In this document: positions 22,161-35,012 of the stretch, piece by piece
How the letters are laid out: the number at the start of each line of letters is the position of its first letter
Numbering within the stretch: the stretch's first letter is position 1
Position numbers and translations under genes: made by a program
NCBI RefSeq assembly: GCF_000981445.1
Contig: NC_027217.1
Coordinates: forward strand, 1,550,001 to 1,614,000
Length of the DNA: 64,000 nucleotides
From: Babesia bigemina
Taxonomy: Eukaryota
Direction of reading: 5' to 3'
The notes under the pieces: model-generated
What the model was told of the DNA's origin: nothing
Database searches by the model: none
Seen by the model: the letters and a program-made list of their open reading frames with translations, nothing else

Positions 22161-25100
22161 ATGTCTGCCACCGTGGAAGCTCCTGTGGCGTCGACGCTGT
22201 TCGACTTGGAGCGGCTGGACGTCTACCGTCTACTGCAGCGTGCTCTCGAGATCGGCCGCTCGGACGCGCGGCGCTTCAGCTCGCCTGAGGAGCTGCTGTC
22301 TTCTCGCCTCAGTCCCGAGATACGCGAGGTATACGCTGCTCTCTTCAAAGGCGGTTTCAACCGTCACGACCTAGCTGCTCTGGAGCACTCGGGCTATGTC
22401 TTATTTCTTTGGCCGCTTCTCTCTTTAGACTCTCTTCCGCTGATCCCCAGCATAGGCGCAGAGTCACGCGATGGGTACGATGCCGTCCGTTTCGCTGCCG
22501 TGATGACATGCGTTTGGGCTGTCGTCGAGGACCACAGCGATGGCCGCAGCGACTACGCCGACCTGTTGCGCCAAGTTGCCAAAGGTGCGTTTAATTCATC
22601 GTCATACCCCAAAACGGCTGTGCAGAACACCCCGTCGCTTTTGAGTGCGTCTTCTACAACGCCGCGCAGCTTTTCATGCTGGAGAGTTGGCGCAGCGACC
22701 TGTGCGATACCCGTGAGTGCGACGCCGCTGACCGCCTAACTATTCTCGAGCTGCGGGCGTTGCTTCGTTTCTTCATACTGTGTTTTCAGAGCTTCGAGGT
22801 CGGGGGGATCCGGAGGTGCTGCGTGCAGCTGGCGTCGCCGGCGATCTGGCTGCACATCCCCGAGGTGGTGCGTGAGAGAAACATCTATGCCCACAACCGC
22901 CTGGCGCAAGGGCTGTTTCAACGCTCCACCAAGCGCCTGGAGGAACGGTATGACACGTTGGACGATGTAAAAGGGCTGCCACTTTTTTCGGGTTTAGATG
23001 GCGTGAGGTCGTTGTACGAGCTCTCCGCAGTGGACGCTGAGGGTCACCGCAAGCTGAACGACCGCGCCCGCTTTTTGCTAAGTCGCGACTTTCTGAACAG
23101 CGTGCTCAACCACTTCATCTACGTTTTGGAGGACGGCATTGATCTGGACGCGTTTTCATCCGCCGACAGCACGGTGCAGGAGCGCGCCATGCAGCGTCTG
23201 ATGCTCTGCGAGAACCACATGGAGTTTTTGATCGACCTGCTGAGCCAGTTGAATACGCGCCGCGTTGTGAAACCGCTGTGCGACGCGAAGCTGATTCTGG
23301 TGCGCTGCAGGCAGACGCCGCTGCACGAGCACCTGGAGGGGTCGTTGTTCAAGAGCATGCTGCGTATTCTGAACTTTTACGTGAAGTTCTACATCGACGA
23401 GGAGCTGGGCACGCCTTTGGCGTACGACAAGGTGATGGAGCACTACTACCAGCGCTTCGAGGCCTTCCAACGCGTGTGCTTCACCAAGTTTGGCAGCGAT
23501 GAGGTGCTGAAGGGCGTGCACCTTTTGTCGGCGTTCGAGGTGCACCAGAAGGGCGGTCTGACCGAGCTGCTGTCGCAGTGCAAGTCCAGCGTGCTGGGCA
23601 GGCTGGTGTTGGAGCTGGGTCTGTTCGCCGTGGAGGACAACGACATGGAGTCGCCCCGCCTGATGCGCCCCGCTGCGGTGAACCTCACCCCTATAAAGGA
23701 GAAGGGGAAGAAGGCGGTGAAGCAATTCCTGATAGGCGTTATAAACGCGCATCTCGAGCGCCAGGTGGATTCCGTGGCGTTTTTGAACAGCCTGCCGCTG
23801 TACCCTACTGAGGAGCTGTTGTGGAGTTCCAGCGAGCTTCCGAACGCCAACGCGTACATCCGCATGTCGTCCCTGGCTTTGAACAAGTTGAACCTGCAGT
23901 ACCTGACTGTGTTCGACTTTCTGTATCGCAACTTCAGTTTATTCCGTTTGGAAAGCGCCTCGCAGATCAAGTACGACCTGGAGGAGGCGATCGACTCGTG
24001 CTGCCCGCGCGCTTATTTGGGCCGCGGCGGGTCGAAATCTGGCCAGCAGCAGCTGGTGGAGACGCGCTTCGAGGGCAGCCACCCGATGGCCATCGGTGTG
24101 ACGTCGTTCACCATCCGTAACGTGTCGTCCGCCACGGTGCTGCATTCCGACTCCAGCTTCGTGGACGCCGAGATCGTGGTTGACACTTCGCTGATCAAGG
24201 AGTTCCAGGTACGGCGTGACTGGCAGCGTTTGAAGCGTTACGACGTGGTGTTCCTGGTGTCAGTCTCCGCGCCCTTGCAGCAGGTGCGTAAGCGGCTCGA
24301 CGAGTACGAGTCGCCCGAGGAGGTCCCCCTGAACTTGGGCATCAACCTCGTCCGTGGCGCCGAGATCTGCCAGGTGCTGGACGAGGAGGGGCACGTCATT
24401 TCTGACTTAAACCCGTACGAGACTCGCACCCCCATCGGGTTCCGGCTGGTCCTCCGCGTGCGGTTGGACTACAATCAGTACCTCGAGGACATTAGCCGCG
24501 ACCCCAACATATACGGCCACATGAACTTGTTGGTTCGTCGCCCTGCTCGCGTCAACACTTTCAAGGCTGTCCTAGCGTCCCTGCGCCACATGATAAACCG
24601 CCCTACGGCGTTGCCTGGCTGGCTAAGCGACCTGGTTCTGGGTTTCGGCGCCCCCCTTCAGTGCCAGTACCCGCAGATGGAGCCGCCGGAATGGCGTCTC
24701 AACCTCCTGAATACCTGGAAGAGCGTGGGCCACTTCATGGAGACCAACAGCAGCTTCGTGGTGAAGGCCGCGTTGCTCGGTGACAGCGCTGACGGTTGGG
24801 AAGCCCGCGAGGTATCGGAATCGGAGCTGTTCGTGCGCCCCCTTCAGGGCAGTGCCCTGACGGGCGCCGATGGCGCAGCGGTGGCTGCCAATGTCGCGGG
24901 AGATTTTAACTCGTGGTGCGCACTATCGCAATTGGGGCTGCGCGTTGACCCCGCCACCCTTCAGCCGCTGGGCAACGGCCGGTACATGTTGTCGACCTCC
25001 GTTGGCTTTATGGTGGTGGAGGTAGATGGCAGCATGCTGGCATCCATGAATGAAAAGGGCGCTGTGGTCCACGGCCAGCGGTCCGATCTACGCCTCCCGC

Positions 25101-26971
25101 CCAAGGTTGCGCTCCTGGTGCCGCGGTTCCATGTCCCTTCACCCCGGGCCGAGCTGGCGGCGCCGCGCCCCAACATCGTTTTCACGCCGGCTCAGGTGGA
25201 GGCAATCCGCTCCGGGGTGTCCCCAGGGCTGACTGTGATCGTTGGACCGCCGGGCACGGGTAAAACCGACTGCGTGTGCCAGATCGTGGGCATTCTGTTC
25301 CGCAACCTGCCCGAAGAGCGCACGGTCGTGTGCACCCACAGCAACTACGCGCTGAACGACATTTTCACGAAGCTGGTGCTGAATGGCCACGTCGACGAGC
25401 ACCACATCGTGCGTCTCGGTGGCTCTGAGTTCGAGATTGAGGGCCTGGGCGACTTTTCTAAATGGGGCCGCGTGAACTTCATTCTCCAGCGCCGTCTGGA
25501 TATGCTAGCCCTCGTCAAGAAGCTGGTCGACGCCCTGGAGGTGCCCGGAGACTACAACTTCAGCCTCCAACTTTCGCTTTCGTTCTTCAACTCGAAAGTG
25601 CTGCCGCTGCTGCGACACCAGGGGGCGCTCTCCGTAGTTGCCAGCGACCCCGGAGACACGAACCCCACGAACGAAGCCGACCAAGGTGCCGCAGGCGACG
25701 CCAGCAGTGAGCTTAAGGATGTCAACGGTGAGGGCAAAGCCGAAACTTCGCCAGAAGGACGCGCCGACAAGCGCGCGAACAACGTGCCGCGACTGCTGGC
25801 ATTGCTCAACGGCTTCTTCAACTCCGAGGTGGAATTCGCTCCCTCGTTACGTGACCTTTCTACGCGCTGGCAGCATCTCCAACTCTGCGGCTCTGCGGGA
25901 GATGCGCAGCTGCATGAGAAGCGCTGCGAGTTCCTCATGTACATGTACAGCATGATCAAGGAGCTGCAGCCGTTTGAGGTTCTGCGCAACAACCACGACA
26001 GGGGCCGCTATTTGGTGGAGAAGTACGCTCGGCTGGTGGCGATGACCTGCACCCACGCGTCGCTGGGCCGTGAGACGATGGAGAGCCTGCGTTACAGCAA
26101 CCTGGTGATGGAGGAGGCTGCGCAGGTGTTGGAGGCGGAGACGTTCGCGCTTCTGGCGCACCCGCTGAAACGCGTCATTCTGAGCGGTGACCACTACCAA
26201 CTCCCCCCTGTCGTGAACAATCGCAGTCTGCTCCAGTTCTCCAACATGCAGCAGTCCCTCTTCCACCGCCTGGTGCGTCTGGACACTCCGCACGTGATTC
26301 TGGACCGCCAGGGCCGTTGCCGCCCCGAGATCGCTTCGCTGTTCACGCACTTCTACCCCGTGAAGATCGACAACATCGACCTGGCGCTGTCGCTGCCCGA
26401 ATTCGGCTCCTGCAACCGCGGCTTCGAGCACACCGTGCAGTTCGTTGACTGCGCCGGCTCCGAGTCCGCACCCATTCCGCACTACTACCAGAACCTGGAG
26501 GAGGCCGAGTTTGTGGTGGCTACGTACATGTACATGCGTCTGCGCGGCTACCGCAGCGAGAACATCGTGATCCTATGTATGTACAACGGCCAGAGGGCGC
26601 TTATTGAGGACATCGTGAAGCACAAGTGCGCGTGGAACCCGCGCATAAAGGCGCCCCGCGCCATCGCCACGGCGGACAAGTTCCAGGGACGGCAGTCCGA
26701 CATCGTGCTGCTTTCGCTGGTGCGTACCGCCCGCCCCGGGCACCTGCGCGACCCCCGCCGCATGCTGGTGGCGCTGAGTCGCGCCCGTCTGGGCCTGTAC
26801 ATCTTCGGCAGCTGGCGGCTGTTCAGGGGCTGCCGGCAGCTGCAGCAATTCGCGACCCGCCTCGACGCGTACCCCAAGCAGCTGAGGCTGCTACCCGACG
26901 ACACCGCTGCAAGCGCCGTGTCTGTCAGCCGGTACAGCGAGATGGAGCCGATTTTGCAGCAACTGCAGTAA
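22161..26971 (+). CDS. AQR: Intron-binding RNA helicase Aquarius (IBP160)
   Basis: LALNKLNLQYLTVFDFLYRNFSLFRLES, GPPGTGKTD, MEEAAQ, GDHYQLPPV and YYQNLEEAEFVVA. One intron ~22585-22625 joins the N-terminal exon in frame. Confidence 0.93.
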
Positions 26972-27392
26972 CAGCTTGCGATAACGTCGCACCTTAACGT
27001 TTTCATGCCTGTCTAACCGAGCGAGTGTTGCTAGACCGTTGGCTGACGGCGGTCTACAGTAAGACGTGGCCGTGACGTTTCGCTGCACGGCGACAATCTT
27101 CCCTCACGGCCGACGCGTAATCTTGAAAACTATCCCAGATGTTAACTTCACGGCGCATCGAGCATACTTTGTAAGCATAGTCGCCAACCACGCGGCTGGT
27201 ATGAGGCGGTGAGGGTGTCGCCGCCATCCACCCGCAAACCCCTACACATTGCCCCGTCACGCCGCGCTCGCTTACCGCGTGGTATCGCCAGTGTTCGGTG
27301 CCCGGTGTGTGACCGTAGGCGCCTGGTGGGCCTGGTTACGCGCCATCACTGTGTCGTGCCGTGGCGCCGCATTTCGACGGCTGTTTTCTGTT

Positions 27393-28439
27393 ATGACGGC
27401 TATACTGTACGCCCTGATTGCGCACGGTGGTAGCGTGATTGCCGATTATACTGTGCCGCAGTCGCACGTGTCTGGAAGTCCGCAGTTCCACGTGAACTTA
27501 GACGCCGTTGCGAGGTACGTTAAACCTTCGTTTCCTCGGCGCGATTTTTCGCGATTGTTTGGAATTTGCCGTGCATTGCTGGGTCTGTTGGTCGTGCATA
27601 CACATGTGTAATACCGCAGGTTACATTTAATGTTTTGTTCCGGCCCGTGTATGCATCTGTGGATTTCGTTTTTGCAATGTCTGTTCGCTGGGCCCATAAC
27701 TGGCGCAGAACTCAGCTGTCCAAGCTCTTGTCAAAGAACGGCCACGGTACTGCGTGCGTCTTGGGCCACTACTTCCACCACGTGGGTGTTCATCTCCGAA
27801 GGCGCCTCTGAGCCACCGCAGAGCATTATCGACGGCCTCACTCTCCTGTGCGCAACAGCGTCCAACGAAGACGATGATCTCCCTCGTCGGTTTCTGGTAC
27901 GTTTCAAGTTTGCGGTAGTCACGCGCGTCAGAACGAGCTGCGTTCGTCGTGCAGTGCGCAGGTGCTGAACAACACAAGCACGCGGAGCGAACTGCTGGCA
28001 CGCATCCTCAGTCGTTTGGTGGTACGTTCTTCAGCTGCTAAAGCATCTTACTACGACAGAACGACTACAACGCCACCACCGACAAACTTCGGTCAATCGA
28101 GAGCAACCTGCAGCAGACCACCGACACGTTGCGCAGCAACATAAGTGGGTTCCCATGAGTTTTGTTTGACTCTCCGCAGCCAGCATTTTGGAACGCGGGG
28201 AGATAATCGACTCTCTGGTGTCCAAGTCCACCGCGCTGAAAGACGAGACCCTGGCCTTTCGCAAGGTTGCGCAGCAGGCCAATTGGGGGTTCGTGAGACG
28301 TCTGCTACATCAGGTCTCCGACATCGTTCTTACGCGCAACTTCGCGGCAACGTTATCGGTAGGTGTTTTGGGTGCGCGTTAATACACTAGGTAGGTCGCC
28401 CTCGTGGTGGCGTTGCTCTACTTTTTCCTGCTGGTGTGA
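27393..28439 (+). CDS. Longin R-SNARE (VAMP7-like), multi-exon
   Basis: Longin start ILYALIAHGGSVIADY, SNARE motif ILERGEIIDSLVSKSTALKD, and C-terminal tail anchor FAATLSVALVVALLYFFLLV* using the acceptor at 28394. Confidence 0.8.
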
Positions 28440-28780
28440 TGAAGGGCGCCAGGTTCAGCTCCATGCTGTTTGGCCCCGCCTACGGGCGCCTTGGCGGCAC
28501 TAGCCACGCGCTCATCCCGGCGCTCATGGCTGGGGGCTTGCTGGGCCACCTGTCCACCAGCTCCGTGGGTCCCATCGACGTATCGTTTCTGCGCCGTCAC
28601 TGGTACGGGAGCGGCTCTCGCCCCTTCTTTCTGGGCCTATTTTTGGGCTTCGGCATCGGATACATCGTGTACCCGTCGCTGTCGCCGTATGTATCCGCCT
28701 GGCTCGCCTATGTGCGCGGAATCGTCGCGCGTTTCAGCCGGCGTGGCGGGAAGGACGGCAACGGTACAGACACGCAGTAG
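28439..28780 (+). CDS. Small Gly-rich membrane protein (or alternative VAMP7 C-terminus)
   Basis: ORF with hydrophobic segments (PFFLGLFLGFGIGYIVYP). Its ATG overlaps the VAMP7 stop (TGATG). Confidence 0.55.
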   Translation: MKGARFSSMLFGPAYGRLGGTSHALIPALMAGGLLGHLSTSSVGPIDVSFLRRHWYGSGSRPFFLGLFLGFGIGYIVYPSLSPYVSAWLAYVRGIVARFSRRGGKDGNGTDTQ

Positions 28781-28968
28781 TGCCGCGGCCATGTCACCGC
28801 GCGCCAAACCACTTAAATTAGCCACGTAGCTATTGTACACTATTTTAATGCTGCACATTGCGGATGTGTGACGTCTTCTGCCAGATCGCCGCGTCGTATG
28901 TGTAACGCGGCCACCTGGGCTCTACCGCGTTCGGTGTAGGCCATCAGCGGCCATTTCCGACTGTCACG

Positions 28969-31952
28969 ATGGCGGCGCAGCCTGTGCGCGGTCTCGTGAA
29001 ATTCATCACGGACCTGAACGGCCTGGCTACCTACCGGGAGCGCGACCACCGCGTCCGGGAGGAGCTGTCCAAAATCCACTCACGCTTCGATGAGCGCGGC
29101 ATGAGCGGCTACGAGAAGAAGAAGTGCATGCTGAAGCTGCTGTACATTCACTTGCTCGGCTACGATGTGGATCTGGGCCACGTGGAGGCCGTCCAGCTGA
29201 TGGCGTCGTCGTCCTACCAGGAGAAGGCGGCTGGCTACATGGGCGTGGAGGTGTTGCTCGGCGACCTGCCGGATCTGCGCCGCATGGCGATAAACACGAC
29301 TCTGGAGGACCTGCAGAGCGCTGTTGAGCACGTGAAGGCGCTTGCGCTGAGCCACGTCGCCAACAGCTGGTGCGAGGAGCTGCGTGAGCGGATCTTCGAC
29401 GACGTGCTGCGGATGCTCAAAGCGGTGCCGATTGAGTCTTCCATGCTGCGCAAGAAGCTGTACATGTGCGTGCTGCAGTTCCTGCGCCTCAACAGCGCGC
29501 TCTTTCGGCTCCACGAATGGAAGCGGAAGATGTTCGACCTGCTTTCGCAGGAGGCTGACTTCGGGTGCCTGATGGCTCTGTCTAACCTGCTGATCGGGTT
29601 CGTGCGCCTGCACCCCGGCGAGTGGGACCACTGCGTGCCGTTGATTCTCGAGGCGCTGATGCGGCTGCTGTCCGGCACCGTGGTGGGCGAGCGCTACTAC
29701 TCGCTGAACTCGCCCTGGCTGCTGTGGAAGCTGCTGAACGTGCTCGCCCTCGTCGAGCCCTGCCCCAACGCGCGCTACAGCAACACGCTGAACCATGTAG
29801 TCGGCCGGCTGGTCGACCGCATGCTGTCGATAAAGCTGCCGACGTCTAATCGTCCGATGGGCGGCGGGGAGGAGGAGCGCGCCAAGATGATGGCGTGGCT
29901 GCTGCGCATGTCGATCGCGCTGGAATCTGTGCGCGTGATAGTCGTGTGGCTGCCCCATATGCCTTCGTTTTCCGTGGAGCCCGTCGTGGACTTTTTGACG
30001 CGGATGCTTGCGTCGCAGGCGTCGCACGTGTACATCAACGCCCTGGAGATGGCCGAGAAGATGCTGGAGAACGAGCAGCTCCTGGTGGTGCTGAAGGAGC
30101 GGCTGCCGCAGTTCCTGGCGCTCTTCGCCTCCAACGACCCCACCGTCAAGTGCCGGGTGGGTGCTTTGAGTTCCATAGTCACATCGCCGTCAGACCCTGT
30201 TCGTGGTTTCGCACCTCTGCGACAAGGACAACTGGAACCAAGTGATCCCCGAGATGCTGTCAGTGCTGCGCGAATCCGACGTACCGACGCAGAACTACGC
30301 GGTCCCGCTGCTTCTGGACGCCCTGCAGCGCTGCGTGCCGCTGGACTCGCTCTACATCGACTTCGTGTTCAAGATGATGCAGTACGTGCACGACGAGTCC
30401 GTCTTGCAGGGCGTGCCCGCCGTGCTGCACGACAAGCCGGCGCGCTTCGGGGAGCTGCTGGCGTCCCGGTGCATCTCTGCGTTGCGCCAGGGCCCCGTGA
30501 ACGACGCCATACTGCGGTAAGTACCCACCGCGCTCTTCACATCCGCCGCAGCATCTGTGCCGCAAGCCTCGGCGAGTACGGCCATTTGATCGAGAAGGAG
30601 TTGTGCTGCAGCGAGCAGGCGAGGCTGCTGCAGCGCTACTTCCCGCTGGGCTCCGGGTGCACCCAGTGCGTGGTGCTGACTACGCTGGCCCGCCTTGCAA
30701 TCAGGGACCGGTCACTGTGGGAGAAGGTGGAGCGTTTCCTCGACTCGCAGGCCGTCCACCCCGATGTCTGCGTGCAGTCCACGGCATGCGAGCTTGTTCG
30801 GCTCATGTTGCTGGGTAGCTCGGTGCTTGAGAGCGTCGTCAACGGCGACCACGGCCGGCGTGGCCCCGCTGACGCGATCGAATCCGTCGAGCCCAAGGTG
30901 CTGAGCATCTCCGACGTGGATGAATCCCCGGCACACAATCGCAACGCGGTTACCGTCCGCCGTCAAACTCGTGCTGCATCCGCGTCTTCTCGTGCCTCTT
31001 CGTCTTCTGCATCTTCTACTCCTTCTTCTTCGTCGTCGTCATCCAGGTCCCACTCCGCCTCCTCCAGCTCGTCCGCCACCCCGACCGCCCCGTCCTCCAT
31101 GAGCTTCGAGGACGAGGCAGCCGACGGCCGTCTGCTGCGCGAGCGCATGCTGTCCGACTCGCCCGGGCCGCTGTTCGACGACGGCGTGCTGTCGGTCTGG
31201 GTGGAGCAGGCCTACCGTCGCCACGAGGCCAAAGTGATGGTTAGGATCACCGTGAGCGCCCGCAGTGCGCGGGCAATCCGATGCATCCACATCACCAGCG
31301 CGTCCCTGCGCTGCGACACCGGGCTGGACGGCACTGAACACAACTCCGTGAAGGGCAGGCTGGGACCCGGCGAGGAGATGGGCCACCGCCTCTCATTTGT
31401 GCTCAACAGGTCTTACGGCGAGCTACCCAGCTACAAAGTGCGCTACGTTGTGCAACGGGCGTCCGGCCGCAAAGAGGAGGGCGAGGCTACACTCCGCCTG
31501 CCGGTCGGCGTCCACAAGTTCCTCACGCCGCTGATTGCCGGTGAGGACCACTTCGACAGCATGTGGTCGTCACTGAGGTCGCACGAGTCGTCGCGCGAGA
31601 TCTCCGTCGGCTGCAGCATGTCCGCCGCCTGTGAGATAGTGCGGCGTTGCGCGCGCGCGCACGTGGTCGAGGTAGGTGACCGTGGCGGTTTTCTCACCGC
31701 GTCGTCAGGAGTCCGAGAGCGAGTCGTGGTTCGCATGTTGCTGCGAGTGTGCGAACAAATCTAGCATTGTTTGCGCTGGTCGTTTACGTGCGTTTTCGAA
31801 CAGGTGAGTCGATTCCTTGATTGGCTGATGCGCAACGCAGGATGCGACTGTCGCTCGTCGTGCGGTGCTCCAGCGCGTCCGCCGCCGCAAGTATCTGCCT
31901 GATCGTGACGAGAGCTTTAGAAACGGCCTCTTACGGCCGCTTATCGCCGTGA
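28969..31952 (+). CDS. AP2A: AP-2 complex subunit alpha (adaptin), multi-exon
   Basis: N-terminal RGLVKFITDL...EELSKI...GYEKKKCMLKLLYIHLLGYDVDLGHVEAVQL, Ser-rich hinge and ear domain. Introns 30157-30193, 30517-30551 and two near the 3' end. Confidence 0.88.
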
Positions 31953-32318
31953 TTCAGCGCGGCTAACCGGTCGGTGATCCTCGTCTCGCTGTGGCGTCCC
32001 CACAGTGTTGGCTTCGCGGGTCGTGGCTCCTGGCTCGCCGACCACACAGACTAAACCGCTTGGTATTTATCTTCCTTTGGCCCTTATTATCGGTGCATGT
32101 GCTCGGTGGTATTTTCTGGCACTTTTTGGCGCGTGTTTCTCGTGTTAGGCCGCGTGTATTCCGGTAACGTGCAAATTCGCGTCTGACCCGTCTTTCTCGG
32201 TGGCGTTCGCAGGCCCTTTTCGAACGCATTTTGTGCTACGAATCGTCTTCGACTGCCATAATTTGGTCCGTTGTTTCGATGTGCTGACTTTTCTCCTACA
32301 CCCCAGCGAGTGTTAACG

Positions 32319-33833
32319 ATGGCGACCAGCGTAGCACACGGCGTAGGCGATGAGAGCAAGGCTCCGGCTCGCGGGCGGAAATTCGAGCGCGGCGGTCGCC
32401 CCGACCGCGGTGATCGCCCTCCTCGCGGCGACCGCCCCCAGCGCCGCGCCCTGAGGCCCGAGGAGATTCCCATCAAGAAGCAGATTGATGAGGAAAGCGA
32501 GGCGATCACGAGGCTGCACGAGCAGCTCTCGGCTCTGACGAAGCAGATCGACGAGCACAGGCGTGAGAATGAGGGTGGCGAGAGGGGCGAGATCAAGGTG
32601 CGTCTGGACGAACTCCAGAGCCGCATCAACGATCTCGAGGGCCAGCGTATGCACTGCCTGAACGTGATCGACAACCACAACAAGGAGGCTCGCGAGAAGA
32701 ACAAGGCGTACAACGAGATGCGCCAGGGCGTTGGTTACAAGAGCGAGGCTGAGATCAACCGTCTGATCAACCAGCTTGAGGAGCGCATGGAGACCACCTC
32801 CATGTCCCTGAAGGAGGAGAAGGCCATGATGCAGCAGCTCCAGCAGTTGCGCCAGGCCAAGACGACGCTCGAGATGCTTGAGCAATCGCGCCAAACCAAC
32901 ACTCCCGGCGACAACACGGTCGTGTCCATGAAGACCCAGCTCGACGACTTGCGCAACCAGATGAACGAGCTGCGCAAGATCCGCAAGGAAGAGGCTCGCA
33001 GGCTGTCCGTTTTGAACGAGAGCGACCGCAAGCATTTCGATGGTCTGAAGGAGCTCCGCGACCAGCGCAAGCAGATCTCGAATGAGCTGAAGGAGCGCAA
33101 CATGAACAAGGCCAAGCTCGTGGAGCAGTTGAATGAGATAAACAACGCGTACTTCGCTCAAGTGCGTCTTCAGCAGCAGAGGCGCTACCAGAAGCAGCAG
33201 CAGGAGCGCGAGCGCCGCAACCTTGAACGTGAGATCAAGCAGATGCGCATCCAGCTCGATGACCTGACCTTCCTCCCGTACGAGAAGGAGATGCGTCTGT
33301 TGGAGCAGGTTATGGGCTACGTTAATCGCCTGCGCGCCCAGGAAACCGTCGAAGTCGCGAAGGTTGAGCAGCCTGCTGTTGAGGAGAAGGCTGTCGAGGT
33401 CGCTTTCGAGGGAACTCGCGTGGTGCCCAAGAAGCAGCGCGAAGAGTACTTCATTGCTCCCAAGCAGAAGTCCAAGAGCAAGACCCCTCGCGAGAAAGTC
33501 AAGCCCGCGCTGAAGTTGGACATGGTCACTATTGGCTACTTCGAGTCGTGCGGCGTCCCTCCGCCAACGTCAATGGACTCGCTGGTCGACTGCCTGCAGA
33601 AGCTGGATGCTAAGCTGTCCCACTACCACGAGCTTCGTAAGGATTGCGACGTGGATGCTATGCGTGCTGCGCAGGAGGCCAAGCTCGCCGAGGCTGAGAA
33701 GCGTCTGGAGGAACTGAACGCCGCCCGCAATGCCCCATGGACGCCGGAAAACGCCACCGCTGAGGCGAAGACTGAGGAGGCAGAGGGAGAAGCCGCGGCT
33801 GAGGAGGCTCAGGAACAGCCTGCCGAGGAATAA
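32319..33833 (+). CDS. Coiled-coil protein, Bfr1/PPI1-like
   Basis: Long heptad-rich ORF with strong GC3 bias. YKSEAEINRLINQLEERMETTSMSLKEEK and C-terminal FESCGVPPPTS resemble the Bfr1/proton-pump-interactor family. Confidence 0.65.
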   Translation: MATSVAHGVGDESKAPARGRKFERGGRPDRGDRPPRGDRPQRRALRPEEIPIKKQIDEESEAITRLHEQLSALTKQIDEHRRENEGGERGEIKVRLDELQSRINDLEGQRMHCLNVIDNHNKEAREKNKAYNEMRQGVGYKSEAEINRLINQLEERMETTSMSLKEEKAMMQQLQQLRQAKTTLEMLEQSRQTNTPGDNTVVSMKTQLDDLRNQMNELRKIRKEEARRLSVLNESDRKHFDGLKELRDQRKQISNELKERNMNKAKLVEQLNEINNAYFAQVRLQQQRRYQKQQQERERRNLEREIKQMRIQLDDLTFLPYEKEMRLLEQVMGYVNRLRAQETVEVAKVEQPAVEEKAVEVAFEGTRVVPKKQREEYFIAPKQKSKSKTPREKVKPALKLDMVTIGYFESCGVPPPTSMDSLVDCLQKLDAKLSHYHELRKDCDVDAMRAAQEAKLAEAEKRLEELNAARNAPWTPENATAEAKTEEAEGEAAAEEAQEQPAEE

Positions 33834-33918
33834 CCATGAAAACGAAACAATATTTATTATTGACGTATTAGCGTTACTTAGCACCCTATTACATGGTTCG
33901 TGCCCGCGGGTACCTAGT

Positions 33919-34627
<709 letters not shown>

Positions 34628-34802
34628 CGTGGTACGTCTTAGGTATCCTTACAATAAGGGGTGTTAATGGCTACGCGTCAGTGCGTAGTCGTGGTTCTCA
34701 CAGCCAGTTATGAGAAACCGTAGTACAGGTATCAATATTGTATCTTGAGTGTTTGTAGAACAACTAATTTTTCATATAGCTGCTGCCGCTATTGATTCTA
34801 CG

Positions 34803-35012
34803 GTATCGAACCCTCTGTGCGTGAACGGTTTTGGGGAGCTTACGGGTTGCGTTGTCCACTCTAGCGTGGTCCTTACTTTGCTGTACGTGCTAAGCAGCTT
34901 CATTTCGTTGGTGTCGTACGTGTTTTACGGCATCAGCGTGAAGAAGGGTGCGGGTCACGGCGCAGTGAGGTGGACGATGAGTGGTTTCCGCCGCGACACC
35001 GAGGCATTGTGA
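34803..35012 (+). pseudogene. 5'-truncated copy of the tetraspan membrane protein gene
   Basis: Only the C-terminal SNPLCVNG...RRDTEAL* of the 40366-41388 gene is present. No ATG-initiated upstream frame. Confidence 0.8.

Noticed and set aside
30970..31100. TCT/TCG-rich low-complexity tract
   Set aside because: Encodes the ordinary Ser-rich adaptin hinge.
33814..33824. AACAGCCTGCC shared with the left edge of repeat A' (~39355)
   Set aside because: Only 11 bp and not at the A junction. Probably chance.
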